A DNA stretch of 64,000 bases from a candidate division FCPU426 bacterium (GCA_040756875.1 JBFLYH010000001.1:800001-864000); one strand, 5' to 3'. Counted from the stretch's first letter, positions 10,741 through 21,594 are shown. Program-made: numbers and translations. Notes: generated by a model not told the origin, from the letters alone.

Positions 10741-11523
10741 TCATTCGTTTTTAAAATAAAAGGAATCCATTGAAATCGAACCATTCTGCAAGCCTTGATG
10801 AATAAAAGCAATGGATTCCCGCTCCTGGAGCGCTAACGTATAGAGCATTGGCAAATAATGATCCAAAGTCGGCATGCCGCGGCGAGCTTCAAGCCCTGAA
10901 TCAGGGAATGTCGTTAAAGCCTGGTGTTGATGCTCCGTGATCATGGTCCGCAGTTGAAATGCCAATTTCCGAGCCCAGGGCATCTCCGGCGAATGCTCCT
11001 CCCAGCTGATATCCCCCAGATTATGAACCATGTTTCCACTGCCTATAATGAGACAAGGTTCTTCCTTCAACGGCTGCAACGCCCGGCCAAGGGCATAATG
11101 ATAGGCAGGCGCCTGTGTCATATCCAGGCTTATCTCAACCACAGGTATATCGGCATGGGGAAATACATGCGTTAGGACCGCCCATGCGGCATGGTCAATG
11201 CCCCATTCCTCGGAGCACTCCACTTTATGGGCCTTGAGCAGTTTGACGATTTTCTTGGCCCATTCAGGCGCGCCAGGGCATGGATACGCAACCTGGTAAA
11301 GTTCCTCCGGAAATCCGTAGAAATCATAAACTTGACGCGGCTGGTTTTGGCAGGAAACGAAAGTTCCGCGGGTCTGCCAATGCGCCGAGATGACGATGAC
11401 CGCTTCGGGCCGGGGCAATCCCCGCGACCATGCTCTTAGATCCTGCGTATATTTATTGTTCGCGAGGATATTTAAGGGCGAACCATGGCCGATAAATGCG
11501 ATGGTCGCTTTCGTTCGTTTCAT
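10741..11523 (-). CDS. ygiD: 4,5-DOPA extradiol dioxygenase-like (LigB family)
   Basis: FIGHGSP, ISAHW, YDFYGFP, GIDHAAW, GSGNMVHNL, PTLDHYLP. Confidence 0.88.
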   Translation of the reverse strand: MKRTKATIAFIGHGSPLNILANNKYTQDLRAWSRGLPRPEAVIVISAHWQTRGTFVSCQNQPRQVYDFYGFPEELYQVAYPCPGAPEWAKKIVKLLKAHKVECSEEWGIDHAAWAVLTHVFPHADIPVVEISLDMTQAPAYHYALGRALQPLKEEPCLIIGSGNMVHNLGDISWEEHSPEMPWARKLAFQLRTMITEHQHQALTTFPDSGLEARRGMPTLDHYLPMLYTLALQERESIAFIHQGLQNGSISMDSFYFKNE

Positions 11524-11548
11524 TGGGGCCGGTTCCAAAGCGGCAACA

Positions 11549-13438
11549 TCATTTAATGATTTCCAATACTTGTTGCTTTTTCTGGGCGTGTTCGAGATGT
11601 TGAAGGGCTTTTTCGTTTCCCGGATCTAAAATCAGAACCGTTCGCCAATTGTCAATCGCCGCTTCCAGATTGTTTCGAATATACATTTCCACACCCTTGC
11701 GGTCATAGTCTTCCGCCAGTAGCACGATGGACTCCCGGTACTTCGCTAACGCAGCCATAGCATCGGCCTGATTTGCATCCATATCCAGAATATAGCGCCA
11801 TTTCTTGACCGCGTCGACCTGTTGCCCTCCCTCCCAATCCTTTTGGGCCAATTCCAACAACTCTTGGGTTAAATCCTCCATCTTGCTCTTGGTAATCTTG
11901 AGATACTGAGCCACGCGCTGGTTTCCCGGATCCAGGCCGAGTATTTTTTTCCACATGTTCAGCGCTTCTTGATACCGGTTTTTCTGCAGGCTTTGAAGCC
12001 CCTTTTGGAAATAATCCTCGATCAATTTTTGGTTTTTACTGTTGGCGACAGATAGCTTTTCCTCCGAAAGCCGCCGGTTGGCCGTTGCCAGCAACTGGCG
12101 AATGGTCGAATCGCGGGGGATCAATTCCAAAGCCTTGCTCCATTCAACCAATGCGGTCAAATAATCCTGGGCTTTAAAAGCTTTGTGGCCTTTGGAAACA
12201 AATACATCTGCTTGCTGCCTTTTTTGGTTTTCTTCAGTGAGCTTCAATTTTCGATTCAATTCCTTGTCTTGATTGTTGAGGCTGAACGCCTTGGCATAGA
12301 AGGTTGTGGCTTTAGCATAGTCGCCGGCTGCAAACGCCTGATCGCCTTCATGGATTAGACTGTCGAATATTTTTTTCTGTTTGGCTTTTACCTGATTTTC
12401 CAATTTTTCCAATATTTTCTGCTCTTCCCACATACTGCGGCCGAATGGAAGGGTGATGCCGATTTTATGAACATCTCCCAGGCCGGGAAAAGGGGTGTAG
12501 GCATAATCAAGGGAGTATTCAGAAATCTGCAGGCCGATTCCCAACGTCAATCCGGACAATGGCCCCAGGTCATTACCGTACTGATAATAACGATATCCGG
12601 CGCGCAACCAAAGCAAGTCCTCCAATACCATTCCCTCCATGCCGAATTTGAAAAGCATTTCCTGATAAACCGGTTTGTATATATCGAACGACAATTGCAT
12701 GCGTTTTCGCCAAAGAGAATAAGCCGCTCCTGCCTCCGCGCCCAGGTTGAGGGCATAGCTTTCTTCCAGCAGTTTCATAGGCATGCCGATGTTCCGTATC
12801 ACCAGCCCCAGTTGCAAATCAGGCAGAAGGTCGGCAATCATCAGCCCAAGGTCCGCAGCCAGGCTCCAGCCGCTGTAGACATCGATCATTTGGTAAACGT
12901 TCTTCAGTGCAATTCCGGCGGAGTAGCGAGCGTCAAAAGCATGGCTATAAGCCAGACTCAAGTAGAGGTCGTAATCCATAAAATCGCCAATGGCATCGCC
13001 CTCGGCATTGTATTTCTCTATGGGTTCGCTGTAGCCGGCAAAGACGTTGACCCCAAACGTATCGCTGGCGGACCAAGGCAGGCAAAAGGCCAGGTATTCG
13101 TGGCGAAAGCCTTGCAGATATTGGGCGTGAGAAACTGCCAATTCCACCCGCGAGGCGCGCGATAATCCCCCGGGATTCCAAAAAACCGCCTGACTATTGT
13201 CCGCCCGTGCCACATAGGCCCCGGCCAAGGCTGCGGGGCGCGCACCCACTGGTTCGTCCAGAAAAACGGCTCCAACGGACTCTTCCGCCGCCAGAACCGG
13301 TTCCAGGCTCCCCATGAATCCCGCCATGAAGGCAAGGCCGATAACGAACAGCAATCCCCTTCCCTTTTCCCACAAAAGCGGTGCCGTTCTGGCAAGGAAA
13401 GACACGTCAATCATCAGGCCGGGTTCCGGAATTCTCAT
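11549..13438 (-). CDS. PorV/PorQ-like outer-membrane barrel fused to C-terminal TPR repeats
   Basis: GARPAALAGAYVA..AVFWNPGGL start motif; DYAYTPFPGLG..HKIGI barrel end; several TPR units (ALELIP, LGLDPGN, LILDPGN). Confidence 0.8.
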   Translation of the reverse strand: MRIPEPGLMIDVSFLARTAPLLWEKGRGLLFVIGLAFMAGFMGSLEPVLAAEESVGAVFLDEPVGARPAALAGAYVARADNSQAVFWNPGGLSRASRVELAVSHAQYLQGFRHEYLAFCLPWSASDTFGVNVFAGYSEPIEKYNAEGDAIGDFMDYDLYLSLAYSHAFDARYSAGIALKNVYQMIDVYSGWSLAADLGLMIADLLPDLQLGLVIRNIGMPMKLLEESYALNLGAEAGAAYSLWRKRMQLSFDIYKPVYQEMLFKFGMEGMVLEDLLWLRAGYRYYQYGNDLGPLSGLTLGIGLQISEYSLDYAYTPFPGLGDVHKIGITLPFGRSMWEEQKILEKLENQVKAKQKKIFDSLIHEGDQAFAAGDYAKATTFYAKAFSLNNQDKELNRKLKLTEENQKRQQADVFVSKGHKAFKAQDYLTALVEWSKALELIPRDSTIRQLLATANRRLSEEKLSVANSKNQKLIEDYFQKGLQSLQKNRYQEALNMWKKILGLDPGNQRVAQYLKITKSKMEDLTQELLELAQKDWEGGQQVDAVKKWRYILDMDANQADAMAALAKYRESIVLLAEDYDRKGVEMYIRNNLEAAIDNWRTVLILDPGNEKALQHLEHAQKKQQVLEIIK

Positions 13439-15984
13439 TTGACAATCGACAACCGCTTGACCACTTGGCGGGTTCCCAGAATCGATTTTGCCTCAATGTG
13501 GCAGAAATAGGTTCCGCTGGCAAATGTGCTGACATCCAGCGTAAATTGAGCGGGTTCCGACCCGCCGCGGACGGCAAAATGATACTTTTTCAACTCCTTC
13601 CCAAGAATGTTGAAGAGGCTGAGCGTGATCTCGGCGTCAACGCTGAGCATCATTTGTACTTGTACCTCCCGGCTTCGAACAGCCGGATTGGGATAAACCT
13701 TCGCGCTCCTTATTTCCAAGCTATTCGCCAGACTGAAGCTTCTGGTTTCCGACCAGGGACCCCATGAAACTCCATCCTGGGCTTGGACCCTCCAGGCATA
13801 GGAACGTCCCCTTTCCAGGCCCAGCCCGGCCGGCAGGTAATAGACTGCAACTTCTCCCGACGGATATGCGGCGGCCGGGGTCAGCGATATCCAGGTGGTT
13901 ATAAAATCATCCTGGCTTAATTCGCAGCGATAGGTCAGCGTGTTGCCGGATTCGCTGACAGCATAAAACTGCAGTGCCAGATCGGCGTCCGGCGCCGAAT
14001 AATGATCAGGAGGAAAGACCAACTGCGGCAGTAAAGGAGGAGTGATGACTTGATAGGTTGCGCTGGCCGAGGTGTCACTCCAGTTATCATTGGGTTGGTC
14101 ATAAGCAGCTGCCCGCCAGCTGTATGTTTTGCCCGGCACCAGGGAATACGCCACGGGTATTTGCAGGCGCGCGGTTTCGCCGGAGTCATATTGTGTCTTC
14201 GTCCAGCCCGGGCTGCTGGCCGAAAGGAACGTGATGATGGTCTGGTAATTGTCGGAACTCAATTCCAGCCGGTATTGCAGTGGATTTCCGGTTGGACTGG
14301 TTGAAGTTAGATCCAAATTGGGATTCTTGGTGGTCACGATGCCGAGGTCCGGCGGCGAAAGGAGAACTGGAATTGCCGGGGTATCAACCACGGTAAAAGT
14401 GCTGATATCCGAACTGTTGGTTTCCTCCAACTCGTCGGCGGCGATCACCTTCCAAAAGTAAGTCACCCCGGGTTGCAGAGCATCCGGATAGGACGAATTG
14501 TTGAGGATTTGACAGGTGGCGGTAATGCCCGCGTATTGATAGGCTGAACCATATGAACTTTGGTCCCATCCCGGATAACTGGTTTGAAAAAGATCGGGAT
14601 TCAACAAAACGGGATCTTGGGAAAGGACCACGGTAAAGGTGAGTGAATTCCCGTCCGGATCAGCGCATAAAACCTGGAGCGACGGGGTTTTCGAAATAAA
14701 ATCCTGCCCCGAGAGCGGGGCCAGAAGCGAAGGTTTAAGCGGAGGGTGATTGGTCACCGTCGAGGTTTGGAAACTCCTCACCACTGATTCCGGACTCCAG
14801 GTCGCTCCCTGATCATTGGTGACCAGCACCCTCCAATAATAGGTCTGAGCAGGGTTTAAAATGCCCGGCGGCATGTAGTAATAGGCGCCTTCATTAGAAC
14901 GGAAATATTCGCGGCCAGCCCACCCGGTGTCCGGGCTTAACTGGTCATTTTCATGGACCAGCAGTGAAAAGCCGAGATTTTCGCTGATTTGGATTCGATA
15001 TTGCAGGAATTGGGACAGCATGGGATCATAAGATACGAAAGTGAAGGTCGGCGAAAGTCCCACCACCTGGCCTTCATTAGGGGTCAACAATTGCGGCGGA
15101 TTAGGCAAAGGTGCGATCTGGACTTGGCAGACACCATCGCCGCCAGGTAGGGCCGTCCCACCTCCCGAAGCGCCGCCGGCGACGTTGATGCTGCCTCCCT
15201 GATCAACGAAATCTGTATATTTAATTATTTTTATACGCCCGCCCGCCCCCCCTCCGCCACCGGGAGTCGCCGTGGCAGTGGGCAAATAAGTCGGGGTGGA
15301 AGAAGCCACGACATTTTCATGTATCTGGCCGTTTCCACCCCTGGCGGTCAGGGCGTAGTTGGCGGTTAAAAAAGTATGAATCCCGTTTAAAAAAATACCG
15401 CCGCCCGAACCACCGCCGCCTGTTGAACTGGGCAGGTAAGCATTGGTATTCAGGCGGGAAAGCCCACCTAATGTCAATTGCATGGCATCAAGGCGTATGT
15501 TGCCGCCGCCGCCGTTTGGATTCAATATGCCCTTGGACCCGTTGGTTTCCCGGTATGACTGATCATAGGCCAACCCGCCACTATTCGGATAATTATGACC
15601 GTCGCCGCCTTTATTGCCGTGCCCGCTTCCACCCGGACCGGTAGAGCCGGACCCCGGCAAGCCGACTCCTTGAGTGTTATAGCTCACGCCATTGCCCTGG
15701 ATGACCCCTTCAATTGTGATTTCAGGCGCGATAAGCTGCAAACGCCATTTTTCCGAATCCACCAGATCACCTGGCACGATGATAGAAGCGCCGGCTTTGA
15801 CGTGTATGGAAACACTTTTATAGACCGTTCCAAACAAACTCCGACTCTCCCCCGGTTCAAGAATTAACGCTTCGTACGTATCCACCAGCGCTACTCCTGA
15901 ACCTGGGAGCATGGTTATAAAAGCCAAACCTAGCATCAACGCTTTCTTCAAGTGATACTCCCCATGGGAAACGACCGATTTCAT
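13435..15984 (-). CDS. Secreted protein: Gly-rich N-terminal region, repeated FN3/Ig-like modules, T9SS type-A-like CTD
   Basis: GGGGSGG tracts; four PxLLxP..YxWRV modules; C-terminal YPNP..FNILG..ASGTY..KRLSIVK. Confidence 0.8.
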   Translation of the reverse strand: MKSVVSHGEYHLKKALMLGLAFITMLPGSGVALVDTYEALILEPGESRSLFGTVYKSVSIHVKAGASIIVPGDLVDSEKWRLQLIAPEITIEGVIQGNGVSYNTQGVGLPGSGSTGPGGSGHGNKGGDGHNYPNSGGLAYDQSYRETNGSKGILNPNGGGGNIRLDAMQLTLGGLSRLNTNAYLPSSTGGGGSGGGIFLNGIHTFLTANYALTARGGNGQIHENVVASSTPTYLPTATATPGGGGGAGGRIKIIKYTDFVDQGGSINVAGGASGGGTALPGGDGVCQVQIAPLPNPPQLLTPNEGQVVGLSPTFTFVSYDPMLSQFLQYRIQISENLGFSLLVHENDQLSPDTGWAGREYFRSNEGAYYYMPPGILNPAQTYYWRVLVTNDQGATWSPESVVRSFQTSTVTNHPPLKPSLLAPLSGQDFISKTPSLQVLCADPDGNSLTFTVVLSQDPVLLNPDLFQTSYPGWDQSSYGSAYQYAGITATCQILNNSSYPDALQPGVTYFWKVIAADELEETNSSDISTFTVVDTPAIPVLLSPPDLGIVTTKNPNLDLTSTSPTGNPLQYRLELSSDNYQTIITFLSASSPGWTKTQYDSGETARLQIPVAYSLVPGKTYSWRAAAYDQPNDNWSDTSASATYQVITPPLLPQLVFPPDHYSAPDADLALQFYAVSESGNTLTYRCELSQDDFITTWISLTPAAAYPSGEVAVYYLPAGLGLERGRSYAWRVQAQDGVSWGPWSETRSFSLANSLEIRSAKVYPNPAVRSREVQVQMMLSVDAEITLSLFNILGKELKKYHFAVRGGSEPAQFTLDVSTFASGTYFCHIEAKSILGTRQVVKRLSIVK

Positions 15985-16169
15985 TTTATTATACCTTTAC
16001 CAACTACCCTCCGAAACTTGAAAATCCCTTAAATTCGCCATTATCCGCTTGCGTCTTTCCGGAAGTTTCACCCTGACAAACCATCTTTTTAACTGGATTT
16101 TTATCGTGCGAATCCATATAGTGTTCCTTTGAATTCTCAGTAACTTTTATTCACACGAGCGAGGTTGCC

Positions 16170-17138
16170 ATGTATCGTAAAGAAATCAAGGTTTTGGACT
16201 GCACCATCCGGGACGGTGGATTGATCAATAATTACCAGTTTACCGAAGAACTTGTCAAAGCCGTGTATCGTGCCATATGCGAAGCTGGCGTGGATATCAT
16301 CGAGCTCGGGAAAAAATTGGCGGTCAGCGAACAGTATCCGACATCCAAATACGGTCCCTGGAACTTCTGCGATGACGATGTTGTCAAACGGATCGTTGAA
16401 AGTTACCAGGGAAACTACAAGCCTTTGATCGCAGTCATGTTTGACATCGGCCGGATTGATCTGGCGGCCCTGCGGCATAAAAAAGACACGCCTTTTGACA
16501 TGATCCGGACCGCTTGCTATGTTCCGCAGGTTGACAAAGGGTTGGATGCCGTAAAGCGGTGCAAAGATTTGGGTTATATCACCACTTTGAATCTCATGGC
16601 CGTGTCAGCTGCCATCGAAACAGAAATCAATGAAGCCCTGGAAGCGGTTGCCAAGGTGTCCGAACTGGATTATCTTTACGTCGTGGATAGCTACGGCGCT
16701 TATTATTCAGAGCAAGTCACTCATATGATCAAATGGTACAGCCAATACGTCCCCCTCGAGAAGCTTGGGTTTCACGGTCACAACAACCAGCAGTTGGGTT
16801 TCTCCAACACTCAGCAGGCCATCATCGACGGCGTCAACCTGCTCGATGCCACTGTGAACGGCATCGGCCGGGGCGCCGGAAATTGCTGCCTGGAGCTTTT
16901 GCTGGGCTTCCTAAAAAATCCTAAGTTCGATGTGCGGCCCATCTACAAAGTCATTCAGGAATATTTCCTGCCCCTGCGCAAGGAAATCGAATGGGGATAC
17001 AATGACATCTATGGCATTTCCGGGATTTTAAACCAGCATCCCCGTGAGGCGATGGAATTCCGCTCACATAAAGACAAACAGGACAATTGCCTGGAATTTT
17101 ATGATTTGGTCACACGGCAGGATGTGAATATCGAGTAA
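16170..17138 (+). CDS. DRE-TIM (HMGL-like) aldolase, 4-hydroxy-2-oxovalerate aldolase-like
   Basis: LDCTIRDGG, VDSYG, GFHGHNN, GIGRGAGN. Confidence 0.85.
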   Translation: MYRKEIKVLDCTIRDGGLINNYQFTEELVKAVYRAICEAGVDIIELGKKLAVSEQYPTSKYGPWNFCDDDVVKRIVESYQGNYKPLIAVMFDIGRIDLAALRHKKDTPFDMIRTACYVPQVDKGLDAVKRCKDLGYITTLNLMAVSAAIETEINEALEAVAKVSELDYLYVVDSYGAYYSEQVTHMIKWYSQYVPLEKLGFHGHNNQQLGFSNTQQAIIDGVNLLDATVNGIGRGAGNCCLELLLGFLKNPKFDVRPIYKVIQEYFLPLRKEIEWGYNDIYGISGILNQHPREAMEFRSHKDKQDNCLEFYDLVTRQDVNIE

Positions 17139-17150
17139 TTCATTCCGTCG

Positions 17151-17195
17151 AAAATAAAAAGCCGGCCGGATTTTCTGGCCGGCTTTTTATTTTTT
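17151..17195. terminator. Bidirectional intrinsic terminator
   Basis: AAAATAAAAAGCCGGCC..GGCCGGCTTTTTATTTT between convergent genes. Confidence 0.85.
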
Positions 17196-17206
17196 CCATT
17201 CTTATC

Positions 17207-17842
17207 CTATTTTTGATGCTGCAAATGGCGGGTCCTGGCTGGTGGTAGGTTGATCCAGGCATAGTCGCAATGCGTTTGGTGGCGGCGGGTATATGTTTCA
17301 AGCTGATGTAACAGGCGGCGCATCTGTTCGCGGCGGTGGGGCTTTAAAAGCATCATTCGCAGCCGGTGAGGAAGCAGGTACTCAAAATAGGATATCACGC
17401 CCTTCGGCGCCAAATGGTCAAGATAAAGGTCAATAATCTCGCGCACGCATTCGGCATCGAAATTGGCGAAGGGTAAACCCGATATAATGTAATCGTATTT
17501 TATCCGGCCCTGCAAATGACGGATATCCCGATGATACAGCCCGACTTCCACACCCGGCCGTTTGGCACAATGCGAAGGCAACCGCTGATGCAAATGCTTG
17601 AAAAACCGTTGGTTTAACTCGTAAATATCCAGTACATCGCCCGGCCGGAGATGGCGGAGGATGGAAAAGGTTATGGCACCGGTTCCCGGACCCACTTCCA
17701 GGACTTTAACAGGATGCGCCGGACGCTTACGCAGCGGTCCAAGCATGGATCGAACCAAAGCCGGCGAACTGGGGGCAATGGCACCGGTAGAAAAGAAATT
17801 TTTTCGGAATTCGTCGAAAAAAAGGCCTAGGTCTTTTAGCAA
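17207..17842 (-). CDS. Phospholipid/ornithine-lipid N-methyltransferase-like (PmtA/OlsG type)
   Basis: TGAIAPSS, VLEVGPGTG, ISGLPFANF. Confidence 0.8.
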   Translation of the reverse strand: MLKDLGLFFDEFRKNFFSTGAIAPSSPALVRSMLGPLRKRPAHPVKVLEVGPGTGAITFSILRHLRPGDVLDIYELNQRFFKHLHQRLPSHCAKRPGVEVGLYHRDIRHLQGRIKYDYIISGLPFANFDAECVREIIDLYLDHLAPKGVISYFEYLLPHRLRMMLLKPHRREQMRRLLHQLETYTRRHQTHCDYAWINLPPARTRHLQHQK

Positions 17843-17867
17843 AGCAGTTATCGACTCCTATTCGCCA

Positions 17868-18677
17868 TCATTGGGCAGGCGACGACTGTGGTTTGCTTCC
17901 CACTCGTTCCGCAATATCCAAAATCAGGCTGGCTGCAAGTCTGGCCCGGCTGACAACCCCCTTGAATTGGCCCTCGCGGTCAACAACCGGCAAGACGTCA
18001 CGGTTTTGTTTTTCCATCTCTTCCAAAACGGTTTTTTTATCTTGGGTATCCCGAACCGCGTCTTTGGCCTCCAAGTAACCGGGCAATTGCGAAAGCGAAG
18101 CCTGGTCATTGTTTTTTATCCAATCGGCAAACTGGTCTGCTGTAATCGAACGTGCCGAAGGATATTCAAACATTTTGCCGAGCGTCCGGGCATCAGCCAA
18201 GGCAATAAATTTCCCTTGTAAATCGTTGAAAATCAAGTGTTTAAGGTAGGGGCCTTGGGAAAGCGCCAGATATTCCCGGATGGCACCTCCTTCATACCCC
18301 TTCGCTCCCAATTGAAAGCTGATAGCTTCCGAGCGGTTGTGCATGAGCTCCGGAATTTTTTCAATCGGACCCTTCGTACTGATACGTAAAGATTTCACTG
18401 GTAATGATTCGACTTTGGTCACCTGGCCGGCGACCTCCGCTCCTGCGGCTTGGGCGAAAATCGTCTCGAAACTCAGGTCCCCCATTTTAAATTTCGTTAT
18501 TTTTCCCGTCAACAGCAGCCACAAGGCGACAATGACCATGGCCGCGGCCAAATCCGTACTTTTTACCTCCCACTTGGGAAATTTCGCCCGAAGCCAGATA
18601 ATTCCGGCCAGGGCGACAATGAAAAGGACAACGCCAAGTATGGTTTCAAGTATGCCGATCATTATTTCCTCCTTCAT
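17868..18677 (-). CDS. Membrane-anchored CBS-domain protein
   Basis: Two N-terminal TM helices; LPVVDREGQFKGVVSR CBS motif. Confidence 0.7.
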   Translation of the reverse strand: MKEEIMIGILETILGVVLFIVALAGIIWLRAKFPKWEVKSTDLAAAMVIVALWLLLTGKITKFKMGDLSFETIFAQAAGAEVAGQVTKVESLPVKSLRISTKGPIEKIPELMHNRSEAISFQLGAKGYEGGAIREYLALSQGPYLKHLIFNDLQGKFIALADARTLGKMFEYPSARSITADQFADWIKNNDQASLSQLPGYLEAKDAVRDTQDKKTVLEEMEKQNRDVLPVVDREGQFKGVVSRARLAASLILDIAERVGSKPQSSPAQ

Positions 18678-18710
18678 CCATATATTTCACTATTGATCTG
18701 CCCCTTCGCT

Positions 18711-19172
18711 TTAACCAACATCGTCCATCCCCGCATGCGGATATTTCAACAATCCTGTGTGATAAATGAGCAACCACTTGCCATTCACTTTCGAATAGCC
18801 TTTACCCGCACGCCCTTGCCAGGCCGATACGACCCCGGTGTTTCGATTTTTCCATTGCGTATCCACATCAACAACGGCGAACGCCCCATCCCCCTGTTCG
18901 GAAACAATAATGCGAACGGTTCGGCGGGCGTTATGAATCATATCATGAGTGCGAAAAAGCTCTTCCCAACTTTCCTGCCAGCGTCGCCGGTCGTAGCGGC
19001 CCATGGGAAAGATCCAGGACGCGGGATCGTGGGCCAAAGGATTCGGCGGCCAGGGCCAAACCATGTCCGGATGAAAAATGGAAACCAAGGTTGCGGCATC
19101 CCGCGCATTCCAAGCGGCCGTTTCCTTGTCTATTATCGTTTGGATTTCTCTTTCGATTTCACGAGGATTCAT
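18711..19172 (-). CDS. NTF2/SnoaL-like protein
   Basis: AAWNARDAATLVSIFHPD, C-terminal GKWLLIYHT. Confidence 0.75.
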   Translation of the reverse strand: MNPREIEREIQTIIDKETAAWNARDAATLVSIFHPDMVWPWPPNPLAHDPASWIFPMGRYDRRRWQESWEELFRTHDMIHNARRTVRIIVSEQGDGAFAVVDVDTQWKNRNTGVVSAWQGRAGKGYSKVNGKWLLIYHTGLLKYPHAGMDDVG

Positions 19173-19323
19173 GGCGGCCTGACCGCCTCCAAGGTTGCGC
19201 CCGGGTTTCCCACCAGGCCGCGTTCTTGTCTTTAATTATATAACCGACGCAATGTGCCGCCAACCTGCCATGGCATTATTCCAAATCGCTTATATTATAT
19301 CCTTCAAATATGAATTTGCATCT

Positions 19324-20550
19324 TTAAACTGACGGCCGCGTTTCCCCAAGATCAATCGTTGTCTTTGTTCTGGCGGGAATGACGATTCTCAGCGCCGATA
19401 AAAGGTTTATTAAAGCGATGATCGCCCCCAGTAAAAATACTGCCTGAAATCCATACAATTTCCACAAAACGCCGCCGGCCACGGCCATGGAGATGGAAAA
19501 AACGTGGTCAATGCTGGTGGCTGCCGTCAAGGTTTGAGAAATATGTTCGGGGTCAAGGGCGATTTTTTTAAGGTAGGTAGCGCGAGCCATGCTGACGGAC
19601 ATCAGCAACTGATCCGCGACAAAACAGGCGCAAACCACCACCAAGGCTAGTGAATGCGGAAACCATGACCCCGAAAAGCCGTATAACAGGCACACCCCTA
19701 TAAGCAACAACGCCTCTCCTGACAGCACGAACTTTTCGCCGCGGGTGTCCACCCACTTCCCCAGCAACGGCTGGAAAAAGATTCCCGCCACCCCGCCCAA
19801 GGTCAATAATAAAGCGATCATTTGGGTCGGCTGGTGATAAACCGTCACCAAGACCCAGGGCGCAAAGGTGATGAATATTTGTTTTCGCGTTCCATATAGA
19901 ATGTTCAACCAATAAAAAAGCCGGTATTCCTTGTATAGCTTCAAATGCATGGCTGCTGGCTGAGGTTTGTTGGGGCGCATGCGAAAAATCGACCAGGCTG
20001 CCAGGGCGAATCCCAACGCAGCCAGCGTAAATGTCAACGGAAACGTAAAATGCAGATATTTAAACCCGATGAGAACAAACAGACTGCCAAGTACGATCAC
20101 CAGGTTTTTGACAGCGTTTAATTGCCCTAATCGCTGCCCCGACCGGTCCACATTCGCCAATTCCATGCCAATGGCGGAGTTCAACGGCAGAAAAAGATGC
20201 TGGCCGACACTGGTGATAAAGAGCCAGACCAACATGACCGGATACGTCCAAGCCGCCCAGCCGAGCAGTCCGACGCCTGCGGCCATTGCGAACATCGCAA
20301 ATACCGCCCGACGCCGATTGCAAAGAAACCCAAGCGCCGCCGAAACGAAAACCACCAGCAAACCGGGCAGTTCTCTCGGAACTTCCAACAGGCTGCGCTG
20401 CAAATCCGTCAGGCGGAAAGTATCGTTCAGGAAGTTGTTAAACGTGGAATCCACCAGGCTCTGGGAAAACCCGAATAATGCCACTCCCACCAGAAAAAAC
20501 TGCAAATCAGGATGGGTACGGGAAAACCGTTGGATCCAATGACGAACCAT
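19324..20550 (-). CDS. MFS transporter
   Basis: About 12 TM segments; RELPG, GTRKQIF, GKWVDTRGE. Confidence 0.85.
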   Translation of the reverse strand: MVRHWIQRFSRTHPDLQFFLVGVALFGFSQSLVDSTFNNFLNDTFRLTDLQRSLLEVPRELPGLLVVFVSAALGFLCNRRRAVFAMFAMAAGVGLLGWAAWTYPVMLVWLFITSVGQHLFLPLNSAIGMELANVDRSGQRLGQLNAVKNLVIVLGSLFVLIGFKYLHFTFPLTFTLAALGFALAAWSIFRMRPNKPQPAAMHLKLYKEYRLFYWLNILYGTRKQIFITFAPWVLVTVYHQPTQMIALLLTLGGVAGIFFQPLLGKWVDTRGEKFVLSGEALLLIGVCLLYGFSGSWFPHSLALVVVCACFVADQLLMSVSMARATYLKKIALDPEHISQTLTAATSIDHVFSISMAVAGGVLWKLYGFQAVFLLGAIIALINLLSALRIVIPARTKTTIDLGETRPSV

Positions 20551-20624
20551 GGCGGGGACTCCGGGCCAAAAGAATTCCGGTCATTTTAGGGAGAGGCCGT
20601 GGATTTGTCCACGAAAAAGGCTTG

Positions 20625-21017
20625 TCAGGTTTTGCAATTCCGCTGCTTTGGGGCAGTTTCTTCACACTCTTCACGCTCCGCCCTTTTGCCGCCAAATGCA
20701 TGGATGGTCCGGGTGCCTGCGCAACAGCGCCCTCCGTGCCGCAGGCCTGCCGGTATGTGCAATTCATCTCCCGGTTTAAGGATTACTGTCTTTTCCGGCA
20801 AAATCACGGAATATTCCCCCTGCACGCACACGAGGTACTCGTCATATTCATGGGCATGAGCATTCGATTCACGGTCCTGATAACAGGTCCAGAAAGCCAT
20901 TTGGCTGCCGTCGACTCCGTCATAGACATAACCTTCAATGTCCCGGGTATATTGGGAGCTGCTTTTGATACGGTTGGCTGCTTTGCGCATGAATTCGGGA
21001 AAATGTTCCATAATCAC
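20625..21017 (-). CDS. Cupin domain protein
   Basis: HAHEYDEY..G; PGDELHIPAGLRHG. Confidence 0.85.
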   Translation of the reverse strand: MIMEHFPEFMRKAANRIKSSSQYTRDIEGYVYDGVDGSQMAFWTCYQDRESNAHAHEYDEYLVCVQGEYSVILPEKTVILKPGDELHIPAGLRHGGRCCAGTRTIHAFGGKRAEREECEETAPKQRNCKT

Positions 21018-21189
21018 CTCTCATTTTTTTAAAATCCTTCATATGTATAAATCCGCAGCACGAAAATCCACGGGTTTTGCTTAAGTTTTACAGATATCAG
21101 CGGATACTACCAAATGGGATAGTCGAATGGCAGCTCGCGGCCCGGTAAAAAGCAAGGGGCGGCCGCCCCTATTAAGAGGTACACCCGTC

Positions 21190-21594
21190 ATGAAACCCGT
21201 GACAATCATTGACGACGATTATATGACCGTTTGGTATCACATCGAAGATAAAATCCTGCATCACAAATTTAAAAAGTTTACTTCAGGCAGTCATCTCCGG
21301 GACAACATGCTCAAAGCAGCTGAAATCTTCCGTGACCGCGGTGCCTGTAAATGGCTGTCGGATGACCGCGAAAACTCCGCCATCCCCTCGGAAGACCGCG
21401 CCTGGGGCGATCAATACTGGCTGCCGATCGTCTTGAAAGCCGGTTGGAAGTACTGGGCGATGGTCCTGCCCCGCAAGATCGTGGGCCAAATGAACATGAA
21501 ACGGATCATTGACGCGTATGCCAAGCTCGGATTAACCACACAAATCTTTTCGGACCCCGAAACGGCCATGGGGTGGCTGAAAAATCAATCCTGA
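21190..21594 (+). CDS. STAS/SEC14-like hypothetical protein
   Basis: KWLSDDR, GWKYWAMVLP, FSDPETAMGWL pattern; AGAGG RBS before ATG 21190. Confidence 0.65.
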   Translation: MKPVTIIDDDYMTVWYHIEDKILHHKFKKFTSGSHLRDNMLKAAEIFRDRGACKWLSDDRENSAIPSEDRAWGDQYWLPIVLKAGWKYWAMVLPRKIVGQMNMKRIIDAYAKLGLTTQIFSDPETAMGWLKNQS

